A program made the position numbers and the translations under genes. The notes under the pieces are model-generated. The model was given only the letters and a program-made list of their open reading frames with translations. It did no database searches and had not been told where the DNA came from. A stretch of 63,720 nt of DNA, filler included, from Lama guanicoe (lineage: Eukaryota), in NCBI GenBank assembly GCA_013239625.1. It is 186 parts of 186 records of this genome, joined end to end, with 100 filler letters (N's around TTAATTAATTAA, not from the genome) between each part and the next. Parts side by side here need not be neighbours in the genome. Positions count along the whole stretch, not along the records: positions 1 to 243 come from PNXV01046874.1; positions 344 to 586 come from PNXV01046875.1; positions 687 to 929 come from PNXV01046876.1; positions 1,030 to 1,272 come from PNXV01046877.1; positions 1,373 to 1,615 come from PNXV01046878.1; positions 1,716 to 1,958 come from PNXV01046879.1; positions 2,059 to 2,301 come from PNXV01046880.1; positions 2,402 to 2,644 come from PNXV01046881.1; 178 more parts are not named here. The stretch is one strand, 5' to 3'. How positions within the stretch are numbered: position 1 is the stretch's first letter; every line of letters starts with the position of its first letter. Positions 1 to 11,892 of this stretch are shown here, in pieces.

Positions 1-896
1 CCCAGGTCATGTGGAAACTTTCACACCCTCACTTGCTTTGTGCAGGGAACGCTCCTGAAACACCAGGGTCCTACCTCAGGTTCATCTAATAGTCCTCCTC
101 TTACTCACATCTCCATGTTATTCCTCTCCTTCAGGGTCAAGAGGATTTAGATTCTTCCATACCTTTCTGTAAATTTTTTGATTTAACTGCTATATAACTT
201 CAAGGGAAGTAGTTTGGGGAAGTAATAATCCTGGCATTTGACCNNNNNNNNNNNNNNNNNNNNNNNNNNNNNNNNNNNNNNNNNNNNTTAATTAATTAAN
301 NNNNNNNNNNNNNNNNNNNNNNNNNNNNNNNNNNNNNNNNNNNCCCAGTGAGACAGGCCTGGCCCACGGCATACGTGCTATCACATTGTGAAGAGGGGAA
401 CGTGTGTTCCATGTCATGTTCTAACAGGACGGGAGCACTTTAAAGAAGATGCACTATGAAAATGAGGGGGAATAAAAGCGTCCCACCATCAGACAGGTCT
501 CCCAGCAGCAGACCCCAGAGATCACAAACAACTGTGGGAAAAACAAAGGCTGCAGTTTTGTTCTTGGTCCTGAGGACTTTGGGGCANNNNNNNNNNNNNN
601 NNNNNNNNNNNNNNNNNNNNNNNNNNNNNNTTAATTAATTAANNNNNNNNNNNNNNNNNNNNNNNNNNNNNNNNNNNNNNNNNNNNTTTATTTATAGGCG
701 ATACTAAAGAGAAAAATGAGTTAATACTTTTTTTTTAAGAAAAAAGAAAATGTAGATAATTTATTGAACTTTTCAAAACAGACTAGCTCTCTAGCTCAGG
801 GGAAAGTTATTTGCGTGATGGTCAGAGGCAGGTGACTGTGTGTGATGCTGAAGTACCTGCTACCAGCACATTATGCCCATTAAAAACACAAATATC

Positions 897-929
897 GGGG
901 GGAAGGGTGGGTATAGCTCAGTGGTAGAG
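897..929 (+). mobile_element. 5' head of camelid Vic-1-type tRNA-derived SINE, cut by contig end
   Basis: GGGTGGGTATAGCTCAGTGGTAGAG with Pol III A-box; matches the head of the copy at 39439..39513. Confidence 0.8.
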
Positions 930-1214
930 NNNNNNNNNNNNNNNNNNNNNNNNNNNNNNNNNNNNNNNNNNNNTTAATTAATTAANNNNNNNNNNNNNNN
1001 NNNNNNNNNNNNNNNNNNNNNNNNNNNNNTAAACAGAGCCTTTTACACTAAGTCTACCATGAGAGCACCTTTTACAACTCAGCACTAGAGAAACAAGTGA
1101 GCTTTACATTTCCGGCTTCAAAACCACCCACAGCCTCTGCTGGCAGGATTCATCACAGGAAGGAATCAGTGCCCATCACTTTATTATTGCTCCATAAAAG
1201 CCAGTGGCACCGTA

Positions 1215-1272
1215 TGACACCTATGGCCAATTAATCTATGACAAACGAGGCAAGAATGCACAAGGGAGAAAA
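1215..1272 (+). mobile_element. LINE-1 ORF2 fragment
   Basis: Translates YGQLIYDKRGKNAQGRK, matching recalled L1 ORF2 YGQLIFDKGxKNIQWRK. Confidence 0.8.
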
Positions 1273-2401
1273 NNNNNNNNNNNNNNNNNNNNNNNNNNNN
1301 NNNNNNNNNNNNNNNNTTAATTAATTAANNNNNNNNNNNNNNNNNNNNNNNNNNNNNNNNNNNNNNNNNNNNGTCCCTTCATTTAAAATACTTAAAGTAG
1401 AACTTCCCCAATCCCCACCATTAGACCTCGATATATACGGCCACAAAGGTATCCATTCCCCCTTTTTTTAATGTAAAGAGGCCAGAAAATGCATCATCAT
1501 TAATATTGCTTTACTTCTGCCAGAATTTCAGGTTAGGCTCAGAACCATGAGCAACTCAACATGAGTGTTTGCTGCAAATACTGTAACAGACTTGTTAGCA
1601 GGAAGGATGGCATATNNNNNNNNNNNNNNNNNNNNNNNNNNNNNNNNNNNNNNNNNNNNTTAATTAATTAANNNNNNNNNNNNNNNNNNNNNNNNNNNNN
1701 NNNNNNNNNNNNNNNAGGATCTGTAGACAGATCTGCTCTTTGTTAAAAATAGAAATAAACAAAACCTTTGATATCCGACTAGAGTGTAAGAGAAGATTTT
1801 TTTTAAGTGTGTTTATTTCCTACCTAAAAAGGGGGTGGAGAAGAGGGCAACACAGAAAATTTCCACAAGTAGACTTTTTTTTTTTTGTTTTGAAGCTATG
1901 CAGGAGCTAAGGATGGGAGCCAGCAATTGCCTGCAAAGGAGTCCTGTAGGGAGGATTTNNNNNNNNNNNNNNNNNNNNNNNNNNNNNNNNNNNNNNNNNN
2001 NNTTAATTAATTAANNNNNNNNNNNNNNNNNNNNNNNNNNNNNNNNNNNNNNNNNNNNTTAGCACCTAACACTATAAAAATGCACTAATTTTGAAACCTT
2101 TGGCCTAAAAATCTTGATGAATGCACTTGGCTTGATTCTCTGACTAAAGATTACACCCAATCCTGCACCACCAACCCACAGAGGTGGACCTGCCGAATGG
2201 GAGATAACAATACCAAATGGTGGAGCTTTTTTTGTCTGTTTCAGGTATATATCACATCTTAAACAATCATCACTCTTTTCATATTTACAATATGTTAAAT
2301 ANNNNNNNNNNNNNNNNNNNNNNNNNNNNNNNNNNNNNNNNNNNNTTAATTAATTAANNNNNNNNNNNNNNNNNNNNNNNNNNNNNNNNNNNNNNNNNNN
2401 N

Positions 2402-2644
2402 CACCAAGGCATATTCAGGGTCCTCACTTGGAAGGGGTTGATAAAATAGGCTTGTCAATTCCACACCAACTAGGAACTCTAGTGAATGGCCCTAGACTCC
2501 TTTGGTAGTTACTCTGGGCATTGTTTAGAACATGCAGGACATTTTGTACTGCATTGACCAAGTCACTGTATTTCAAGGGCAATTTGGCATTCTTGGCAAT
2601 ACCCCATCCCACCTGGGAAATACGGTAGCTGCTCTTCTATGCAC
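2402..2644 (-). mobile_element. Degraded class III (ERV-L-type) endogenous retrovirus pol, integrase zinc-binding to early core region
   Basis: Minus strand across frameshifts: GWGIAKNAKLPLKYSDLVNAV / KCPACSKQCPE*LPKESRAIH*SS*LVWN*QAYFINP / LPSEDPEYALV. Colinear with recalled ERVL IN GYAWAQQHGLPLTKADLATATAECPICQQQRP...WQVDYIGPLP. Confidence 0.7.
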
Positions 2645-3430
2645 NNNNNNNNNNNNNNNNNNNNNNNNNNNNNNNNNNNNNNNNNNNNTTAATTAATTAA
2701 NNNNNNNNNNNNNNNNNNNNNNNNNNNNNNNNNNNNNNNNNNNNCTAGCCATTGATACATGAGCATGACTGAGTTCAGTTCAAAGCTTCCAACGAATCTT
2801 TGCAGAAGTCAGCTGCACTGAATAAACAAGAGCTTGGGTTGAGAGAGCAGAAAGTCAAGTAAGTTTGGAAAATGGAGTGCTTTAGAGGTCTGGGAGGGGA
2901 AGTGTTCAGAGTAACTAGAGAATGTGTTACAAGGGCCGGGAAAGGAGGTACCCAGGGGGAATAAAGTTGGCAGAAAAGGAGTGTGGANNNNNNNNNNNNN
3001 NNNNNNNNNNNNNNNNNNNNNNNNNNNNNNNTTAATTAATTAANNNNNNNNNNNNNNNNNNNNNNNNNNNNNNNNNNNNNNNNNNNNTAAGGAGTTCCAG
3101 TGACATTAAAATTAGGGACCACACTGTGAACAAGTTTCTATCCAGGTAGGGGAGGCTCTAGAACTTTCGCTGCTTCTTTCACAAATGTATTTGATGATTT
3201 GTTTTCTAAAAGTAAGTTGAAAGAATATTCCCTACCACACCTGACTGTTGGTGATTAATCGTATAATAATTGAGAGTAGTTACATCATTGACTGTTTTTG
3301 GTATGAGTTGAATTTGCAAGCCTGAGCAACNNNNNNNNNNNNNNNNNNNNNNNNNNNNNNNNNNNNNNNNNNNNTTAATTAATTAANNNNNNNNNNNNNN
3401 NNNNNNNNNNNNNNNNNNNNNNNNNNNNNN

Positions 3431-3673
3431 GGCGGGGAGGGAGCCCCGCCGCGCCAGGCCGCCCGGGGCCCCCGCGCGCCCCGCGGGCGCCGCGTCCTTG
3501 GGCCGCCGGTCCTTCCTGCGCCAGCGCACGCCGCCGAAGAGCCCCCGCAGCCCCCGCTTTTGTCTGCCGCCGGCCTGGCCCGCGTCGGCCTGCTCCGCCT
3601 TGCCGCTCTCGGGTCTCCCGTTCTTCCGCAGGAGCGAGAAGAAGCTGTGCGACTTGGCCACCGAGCCAGCGGC
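3431..3673 (-). CDS. AMER2: APC membrane recruitment protein 2, internal coding fragment (81 codons, open at both ends)
   Basis: AAGSVAKSHSFFSLLRKNGRPESGKAEQADAGQAGGRQKRGLRGLFGGVRWRRKDRRPK...GSLPA matches recalled human AMER2 VAKSHSFFSLLKKNGRSENGKGEPVDASKAGGKQKRGLRGLFSGMRWHRKDKRAK; very GC/CpG-rich. Confidence 0.92.
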
Positions 3674-4459
3674 NNNNNNNNNNNNNNNNNNNNNNNNNNN
3701 NNNNNNNNNNNNNNNNNTTAATTAATTAANNNNNNNNNNNNNNNNNNNNNNNNNNNNNNNNNNNNNNNNNNNNCCCCAGGATATCTGCTTTCACTGGTCT
3801 GCATCATCTCTATTGATCATCACCCCAAGACTTCTCACAAATGGAAGGCACAAGGATGAGTCCTTTAAGCTCTACTTTGATGACTTAAGGGTTCTAATAT
3901 CTTTTTCTTCATTGGTAGAATTTTGTAGGCCTGAGACAGAAATATGGAGCATAATTAGAAAACTCCAAGAGCCACTGGTAGGGAACTGCTGTAGGAAATG
4001 TTATGAAAAATGGGAANNNNNNNNNNNNNNNNNNNNNNNNNNNNNNNNNNNNNNNNNNNNTTAATTAATTAANNNNNNNNNNNNNNNNNNNNNNNNNNNN
4101 NNNNNNNNNNNNNNNNAAAATTCAAATGGTTGATAATCTTCCTCCTTGGTTTCAGATCCCTCCTAGTCAGATAATTGCCAATTAAAGAGAGTCATTCTAC
4201 CCTTTCGAAGTCAAAGCGAAGGCATTAAAGTGTTGATCCTCAGAGCAGGAGCTCGAGAGAAAGTTTCTGATGTAGACAGTTCTCCTGAGATGCTGTTTTC
4301 TGGTGCCTGACAAACCAAGCGTCCTTAGAGTCTTTGACCTTCTGCCTCTCAGCTGACCCNNNNNNNNNNNNNNNNNNNNNNNNNNNNNNNNNNNNNNNNN
4401 NNNTTAATTAATTAANNNNNNNNNNNNNNNNNNNNNNNNNNNNNNNNNNNNNNNNNNNN

Positions 4460-4625
4460 GTAATCAATTAAAAATTACTAATGAAATATTTTACATCCTT
4501 TATTTGTAACATGCCTGTCAATATCCATTGTGTACTTTACACTTAGAGCACATCTCAATTGGTACTAGTCTTATTTCAAGCACTCAGTAGTCTCATGAAG
4601 CTAGTAGTCACTGTCTTGGGTGTTC
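4460..4625. mobile_element. MER3/MER33-like hAT-Charlie DNA transposon fragment
   Basis: gtaatcaat..aaaattactaatgaaatattttacat...tttacacttagagcacatctcaatt..actag..atttcaagcactcagtag resembles the recalled MER3/MER33 consensus. Confidence 0.75.
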
Positions 4626-6174
4626 CAACTCAGGAATCTACAAACCTGTCCTAAATTCTGAGTTCCACAGCTGGAATCCAACTGCTACTAAGATCTAACA
4701 TTNNNNNNNNNNNNNNNNNNNNNNNNNNNNNNNNNNNNNNNNNNNNTTAATTAATTAANNNNNNNNNNNNNNNNNNNNNNNNNNNNNNNNNNNNNNNNNN
4801 NNGCAAATAATGTGGCGTGAAATGTTCATTATGCAAATTAGATGGCTTAAATCTTCACATGTAGCTAGTGTGTTTATGCTGAATTTGAAGGCATTTATTT
4901 TCTTCCCACGTAGCAGAACCTGTGCACATCCTTTTAATTGTCTGCATGTTGAGAAAACTATTTATATTGCCACACAAACAGACTCACCGAAGACAGACTA
5001 AACAGGATGTGGTCGTGTTAGTCCTGACATCTGAGCGAAATGGCANNNNNNNNNNNNNNNNNNNNNNNNNNNNNNNNNNNNNNNNNNNNTTAATTAATTA
5101 ANNNNNNNNNNNNNNNNNNNNNNNNNNNNNNNNNNNNNNNNNNNNAAAAGTCCCACAGGAATTCCAAGACATCAGCTTCCTTTATATATATATATATATA
5201 TAAATCACTGTACCTAGAAGAGTGTGAAATTCAAAGTAGAAGACATTGTCCTGCCTCTAGTGGAGTTCACATACTTGCCAGGAAGAGATGACCTTATTAG
5301 ATGAAAAGTTAATTTCCAGTTCAAAGCTGTGTCCCGTTCGGTGACAAAAGAATGACATAGAGAAAAATCTGGATTCAGTCAAGTGTGANNNNNNNNNNNN
5401 NNNNNNNNNNNNNNNNNNNNNNNNNNNNNNNNTTAATTAATTAANNNNNNNNNNNNNNNNNNNNNNNNNNNNNNNNNNNNNNNNNNNNGGGGGGGGGTGC
5501 TGGAGATCCGACCAACTTGCACCCCTCCCCATGCTTTCTTGTCTGTCCCAGGCCCTAGGAGAGAGGCTGAGTGCCAGACCACAGTCACGCCTCATTTTGG
5601 TTCTTTTTGCAGAGGGCAGGTAGTTGATGGAGACTTTTTTTAGGGAGGTGGGAGTGAATCTCCACCACTTACTTGGAAAAACAAGTGTTTGTGGATAGCT
5701 AGGTAAAACAGCAAACTTCTATTAAGTAGGANNNNNNNNNNNNNNNNNNNNNNNNNNNNNNNNNNNNNNNNNNNNTTAATTAATTAANNNNNNNNNNNNN
5801 NNNNNNNNNNNNNNNNNNNNNNNNNNNNNNNTGTGTGGGCAGCAGGAGTCTGAGGATCTATGCCTGCACCAGACACGGAAGCACACCCCACCATTCCCAG
5901 TGCGCCCCCAACTCAGCTTCCCCATGGCCACACGCCGTTGGCCACTCCAACGACCCCGGACAAGAAAGGAGGTGCGACGGCGGAAGGCTGGAGGGGACAG
6001 GATCAGGGGTTTGACCATCGCAGTCACAATGTCTCCTGAGAATTGTATAAAAACAAACCCCAGTGCAGCTCTAGNNNNNNNNNNNNNNNNNNNNNNNNNN
6101 NNNNNNNNNNNNNNNNNNTTAATTAATTAANNNNNNNNNNNNNNNNNNNNNNNNNNNNNNNNNNNNNNNNNNNN

Positions 6175-6414
6175 TGTTTCCATGTCTTGGCTATTGTAAA
6201 TAGTGCTGCTATGAACATGGGTGTGCATGTACCTTTTTGAATTAGAGTTTCCTCTGGATATTTGCCCAGCAGTGGGATTGCTGGATCATAAGGTAAGTCT
6301 GTTTTCAGTTTCTTGAGAAATCTTCATACGGTTTTCCGTAACGGCTGCACTTAACTACATTCCATCAATAGTTTAGGAGAGTTCCCCTTCCTCCACAGCC
6401 TCTCCAGCATTTAT
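6175..6414 (-). mobile_element. LINE-1 ORF2 C-terminal fragment
   Basis: ttccatgtcttggctattgtaaatagtgctgctatgaacat...gtgggattgctggatcata, typical antisense L1. Confidence 0.92.
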
Positions 6415-8229
6415 NNNNNNNNNNNNNNNNNNNNNNNNNNNNNNNNNNNNNNNNNNNNTTAATTAATTAANNNNNNNNNNNNNNNNNNNNNNNNNNNNNN
6501 NNNNNNNNNNNNNNTTTTTCATGACACAAATGCTTTCCAGGGCTCTTTCTTCAAATCTTGGCCAAAAACAAAAGGGAAGATTTAGAGTATACTATTACTG
6601 ACTTTATTCATTACCATGAGAAAGAATTTTCCTCCCAGGTTCTCATATAAACCCTATTTAATCTGAAAATCAATTAGGCAGTGACTTCCTCAATAACATC
6701 TCCAATTAAAAATAACATGTTTTCAGTTCATTCTAGGTGATAAGTAACTTCAACACANNNNNNNNNNNNNNNNNNNNNNNNNNNNNNNNNNNNNNNNNNN
6801 NTTAATTAATTAANNNNNNNNNNNNNNNNNNNNNNNNNNNNNNNNNNNNNNNNNNNNTTCTTCATGTTTTACTCTCTCTAGCAGCCTGCCCAAGTCCTCC
6901 TAAGCTAGCTGCCTGGGCCCCTGTGTGTCTGTAGTCCATGCCCTCACTGTTTTTTTGGTTTTTTTTTTAAACTTCTTTCCCTCACTCATTTCCCTTCTTT
7001 CTTCCGTTCCCTCAGAATCCTGCCCACAGTAACAGCTAGTTCACTCAGATGAAATTAACAAATTATGCTTGGCTTCTTCAGGTCACAAAGTTGCATCCGT
7101 NNNNNNNNNNNNNNNNNNNNNNNNNNNNNNNNNNNNNNNNNNNNTTAATTAATTAANNNNNNNNNNNNNNNNNNNNNNNNNNNNNNNNNNNNNNNNNNNN
7201 TCTAAAAGAAGCGTACTGATGTCTCCCACTCTAATTACATTTTAAATAGATTCCAATAGGTTTGCTATATGTATTTAATTCCTATTTTATTAAGTGTTAG
7301 AAAGCTTATGATATTATAACTTCTTCATAAATGTTGTGCTTTTATTCATCACATTAGATTCATCTGTATTCCGTTCAGTACTTTTACACGTAGGAAAGTG
7401 CATAAATCATAAGTACACATAGTTCACAGAATTTTGCAAAGTGNNNNNNNNNNNNNNNNNNNNNNNNNNNNNNNNNNNNNNNNNNNNTTAATTAATTAAN
7501 NNNNNNNNNNNNNNNNNNNNNNNNNNNNNNNNNNNNNNNNNNNGCTTACTCTGGCCTTTGGCGTATGTGACATTGCCATGACCATCGCTGTTCCCTTGCC
7601 CACAGAAATCAGTCACAGCAGCCAGGCCACTGGTGTCAACAGCTTGTACTAGAGTCCTGATGAAAAGAGGCAAATACAGGCCAACATATGGGCATTCACT
7701 CCTTGACTTTCTTCTCCAACATCACAGGGATAGTAGATTCTATCAAGGGAGGAGGACTCCTCCCAGGGCTGTTGCTTCCTAAGGGGNNNNNNNNNNNNNN
7801 NNNNNNNNNNNNNNNNNNNNNNNNNNNNNNTTAATTAATTAANNNNNNNNNNNNNNNNNNNNNNNNNNNNNNNNNNNNNNNNNNNNTCCCTCCAGGAGTT
7901 GCTTCCAGGGCCCACAGTGTGATTAGGGGAGAGCGCAAGGACGAGGGCGGGATCATGGGTCTGGGGCTGATGTCCCTTTAAGAAAAGAATAGAAAAATTA
8001 TGGCACAAAGTGCACCTTCAAGGTGCAACTCAGTTAGTTAATTGGGTATCAAATCAGCCTCTGGAACCTGGCATACAGCAGGTGCTCAATAAGTACAGCC
8101 CATGCCCAGCATTCTCATTGCCGTACCTCNNNNNNNNNNNNNNNNNNNNNNNNNNNNNNNNNNNNNNNNNNNNTTAATTAATTAANNNNNNNNNNNNNNN
8201 NNNNNNNNNNNNNNNNNNNNNNNNNNNNN

Positions 8230-8472
8230 GGGACCTAATCAAATTTAAAAGTTTTTGCACATCAAAGGAAACCACAAACAAAACAAAAAAAGACAACCTA
8301 CGGAATGGAAGTATTTGCAAATGATGAGACCGACACAGGATTAATTTCCAAAATACAAAAACAGCTCATAATATTTAATATCAAAAAAATTAATCCAATC
8401 AGACAATAAATAGCAGACCTAACCAGACATTTCTTCAAAGAAGACATACAGGTGGCCAAAAGGCACAAAAAG
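8230..8472 (+). mobile_element. LINE-1 ORF2 fragment
   Basis: DLIKFKSFCTSKET...agacatttcttcaaagaagacatacaggtggccaaaaggcac. Confidence 0.92.
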
Positions 8473-9258
8473 NNNNNNNNNNNNNNNNNNNNNNNNNNNN
8501 NNNNNNNNNNNNNNNNTTAATTAATTAANNNNNNNNNNNNNNNNNNNNNNNNNNNNNNNNNNNNNNNNNNNNTTTTTTTTCAAATGATGAGGCTGTGCAT
8601 GTCCTCATTAATAATAGATGCTTCCCTTAGTTGGAGGTGCTGGATAGACTGTCAGATTTTTTTCTGGGACCAATGGAAATGGTGTGGCTCTCTCTTGGTT
8701 CTTCCTCATCAAAACACTGGAATTCTGGTTCATTTCAGTTATATTTCAGATTCAAAAGATGCATTTCCAATTTTGTTTTCTTTTCACACACATACCTTCC
8801 TTTGATGCACCCTTTNNNNNNNNNNNNNNNNNNNNNNNNNNNNNNNNNNNNNNNNNNNNTTAATTAATTAANNNNNNNNNNNNNNNNNNNNNNNNNNNNN
8901 NNNNNNNNNNNNNNNGGTGTAGCTTTGTACACTCTTTCTGTGACTAGAAATTCATCTTGAGACACGTTTCATATTCAAACAGGTGAGAAAGGTCGCCCTC
9001 TCCAGTATCGATACAACCTTCGTAGTAAATGTATTATTCAATAAAAATTGCCAGTTTTCTGTAGTAGAGCAGACACTGTTGTTATGGTGGGCTGCTCTTG
9101 CTCTCAAGCGGTCCAGCTTCTCAGGGCAGAACTAGGTAAGGGCGCAGAAATGGAATCTNNNNNNNNNNNNNNNNNNNNNNNNNNNNNNNNNNNNNNNNNN
9201 NNTTAATTAATTAANNNNNNNNNNNNNNNNNNNNNNNNNNNNNNNNNNNNNNNNNNNN

Positions 9259-9501
9259 TATTTTTTGTGATGAGAATGTTTAACATAAGATCTACCCTCT
9301 AAGCAAAATTTTAATTATACAATGTAATACTGTTAGCTATAGATCTATGCTGCAGAGTAGATCAATTAGGACATAATCATCTTGTATAACAAACTTCAGA
9401 CCCTTTGACTAATACTGCTCCATTTCCTCTCCCCACCACCAGCCCTTGACAATCAACAGGCTACTCTCTGTTTCTTCAAGTTTGACCGTTTTAGATTCCT
9501 T
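9259..9501 (-). mobile_element. Old LINE-1 (L1MA/MB-type) 3' UTR
   Basis: tttgtgatgagaat..ttaa..atctaccctct..gcaaaattttaattatacaat...ctactctctgtttc..agtttgac..ttttagattcc. Confidence 0.8.
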
Positions 9502-11315
9502 NNNNNNNNNNNNNNNNNNNNNNNNNNNNNNNNNNNNNNNNNNNNTTAATTAATTAANNNNNNNNNNNNNNNNNNNNNNNNNNNNNNNNNNNNNNNNNNN
9601 NAATAGGACCTTTTACATAATTCAGGTGGAAGTGTAATTGTTACAGCTTTTTCAAAGAATAATTTGACAAAACGCATCGATAGCCTTGAAAATTTCATAT
9701 AAACCCAGTAATTTGCATCTAGAAATGTATCATACAGAAAGGAAAAAACATGCAAAGATATATTTTAAAAGACATTTTTGTAAATGAAGTAATCGTAATG
9801 TTCAACAATAAAGGCTTGACTAAATTATCACATATACATATGATNNNNNNNNNNNNNNNNNNNNNNNNNNNNNNNNNNNNNNNNNNNNTTAATTAATTAA
9901 NNNNNNNNNNNNNNNNNNNNNNNNNNNNNNNNNNNNNNNNNNNNTTGAGTTCTAGGTCTGCCACTGAAGCTGTGTGAGGTTCCGTTTCCCGGATACGCAA
10001 ATGTGGATCATAACACCATCTAAGAGTTCACAGAGCTGTTCATGACGTGATACGATACACATATATGGTACTCGGTACAGGGGAAATGGAGGGCAGCTGA
10101 CGCCCATCTCCGTTGCGACCCACCGACGACGATGGCGTGCCCTTACGGGCAAAGGGGACAAAGGAGAAAGGGACTCGGGTGGGGGGGNNNNNNNNNNNNN
10201 NNNNNNNNNNNNNNNNNNNNNNNNNNNNNNNTTAATTAATTAANNNNNNNNNNNNNNNNNNNNNNNNNNNNNNNNNNNNNNNNNNNNCCAACAAGCTAGG
10301 TTGAAGGACGGCTTTCATACACGCTTAACTCTGAAATCTGAGCATGTTTAGAGACGTTCGTTCATCTTGCACAAAGGGAAAAAATTTGCAGTAGACACAA
10401 TTATTCTGCTTTCTCAGTCTGTTTCCTAGTGCCGGTTTTAAATTCCTGCATTTTTCACTGTAAAACCTTGTTGTAGATTTTACCTCCCCATATATATGTA
10501 TGTAGTGGGTTTGCAACTGAAGAGAAACTNNNNNNNNNNNNNNNNNNNNNNNNNNNNNNNNNNNNNNNNNNNNTTAATTAATTAANNNNNNNNNNNNNNN
10601 NNNNNNNNNNNNNNNNNNNNNNNNNNNNNTTTTCATTGGTTGAGAGCCCATGAGAACTTCCAGAATTAAAAAAAAAAAATACATTTCAACGGCTGAGTTC
10701 CGGAGAAACATGTATATTTCCAAGAGAGTGAGCATTAACAGATAATGCCTTTTGCACGTGTTTTTGTCTCCATCAGACTGGAAACTCTTTGAACGGAAAA
10801 GCCAAGTCTTTATCTGTAAATGTCCAGCTTTTAAAGCAGAACCTGCTCTATCACAAGAGCTTAATAAACATGNNNNNNNNNNNNNNNNNNNNNNNNNNNN
10901 NNNNNNNNNNNNNNNNTTAATTAATTAANNNNNNNNNNNNNNNNNNNNNNNNNNNNNNNNNNNNNNNNNNNNGGCGCTGGTGGGGGTGCGCAGGTCAGGG
11001 AGCCGGAGGGTGAGGCCTGGGCTGTGCAGCTGGGGAGGCGCACAGGGAGGGGTGTTGTGGGTGAGATCCAGGCCGCATGTCCTGTTAGGACCCTGAGGCG
11101 GGTCCGGTCCCCCGCCCTGGTTCGTGGTGCCCCAGCTCCCTCATTAGTAGTCTTTGCTGCCGCTTATACTCGGGTTTGGGAAAGCGGGTGCAACTTCTGG
11201 AGGTGGGAGGCAGCCNNNNNNNNNNNNNNNNNNNNNNNNNNNNNNNNNNNNNNNNNNNNTTAATTAATTAANNNNNNNNNNNNNNNNNNNNNNNNNNNNN
11301 NNNNNNNNNNNNNNN

Positions 11316-11558
11316 TTCTAGGTTGTCTGTCCAATATGTTGACATAATCGTTCATAGAATTCTCGTAGGGTTTCTGTACTTCTGGGGTATTGGTTGTTAT
11401 TTCTCCTCTTTTATGTCTTACTTGGTTTCTGTTGTCTCTCTTTTCTTCTTGGTGAGCCTGGCCAGAGGTTTGTTGATTTTGGATACTCTTTTAAAAAAAA
11501 AAAAAAACGGCTCTTGGTTTTACTGATTTTCTCTACTTTTTTAAAATCTCTCTTTTAA
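11316..11558 (-). mobile_element. LINE-1 ORF2 fragment
   Basis: tttcttcttggtgagcctggccagaggtttgttgatttt...ctcttggttttactgattttctcta. Confidence 0.85.
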
Positions 11559-11658
11559 NNNNNNNNNNNNNNNNNNNNNNNNNNNNNNNNNNNNNNNNNN
11601 NNTTAATTAATTAANNNNNNNNNNNNNNNNNNNNNNNNNNNNNNNNNNNNNNNNNNNN

Positions 11659-11892
11659 TAGTAAAAAAAATTCTAAATTTTAAATGAAACCACAAGTGAT
11701 TCTAAATAGCCAATGCAATCTTAAGAAAGAAGACAAAAGCTGGAGATAGCAAACTTCCTTACTTCAAATAATATTACATGGTAATAATTATAGTAATCAA
11801 AACAGCTTAGTACTGGTATAAACACACACACATAGACCAAAGGAAAAAAGTAGTCAAGAAAAAAATCTCACACACATATGGTCAACTAATCT
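11659..11892 (+). mobile_element. LINE-1 ORF2 fragment
   Basis: atagccaatgcaatcttaagaaagaagacaaaagctggag...tagtaatcaaaacagc..gtactggtataaac...atatggtcaactaatctt. Confidence 0.88.

Noticed and set aside
3498..3725. Plus-strand ORF MGRRSFLRQR...
   Set aside because: Antisense shadow of the GC-rich AMER2 frame
8573..8815. Minus-strand peptide KGCIKGRYVCEKK...*NEPEFQCFDEEEPRESHTISIGPRKKSDSLSSTSN*
   Set aside because: Protein-like but has an internal stop and no family I can name; insufficient to call a pseudogene
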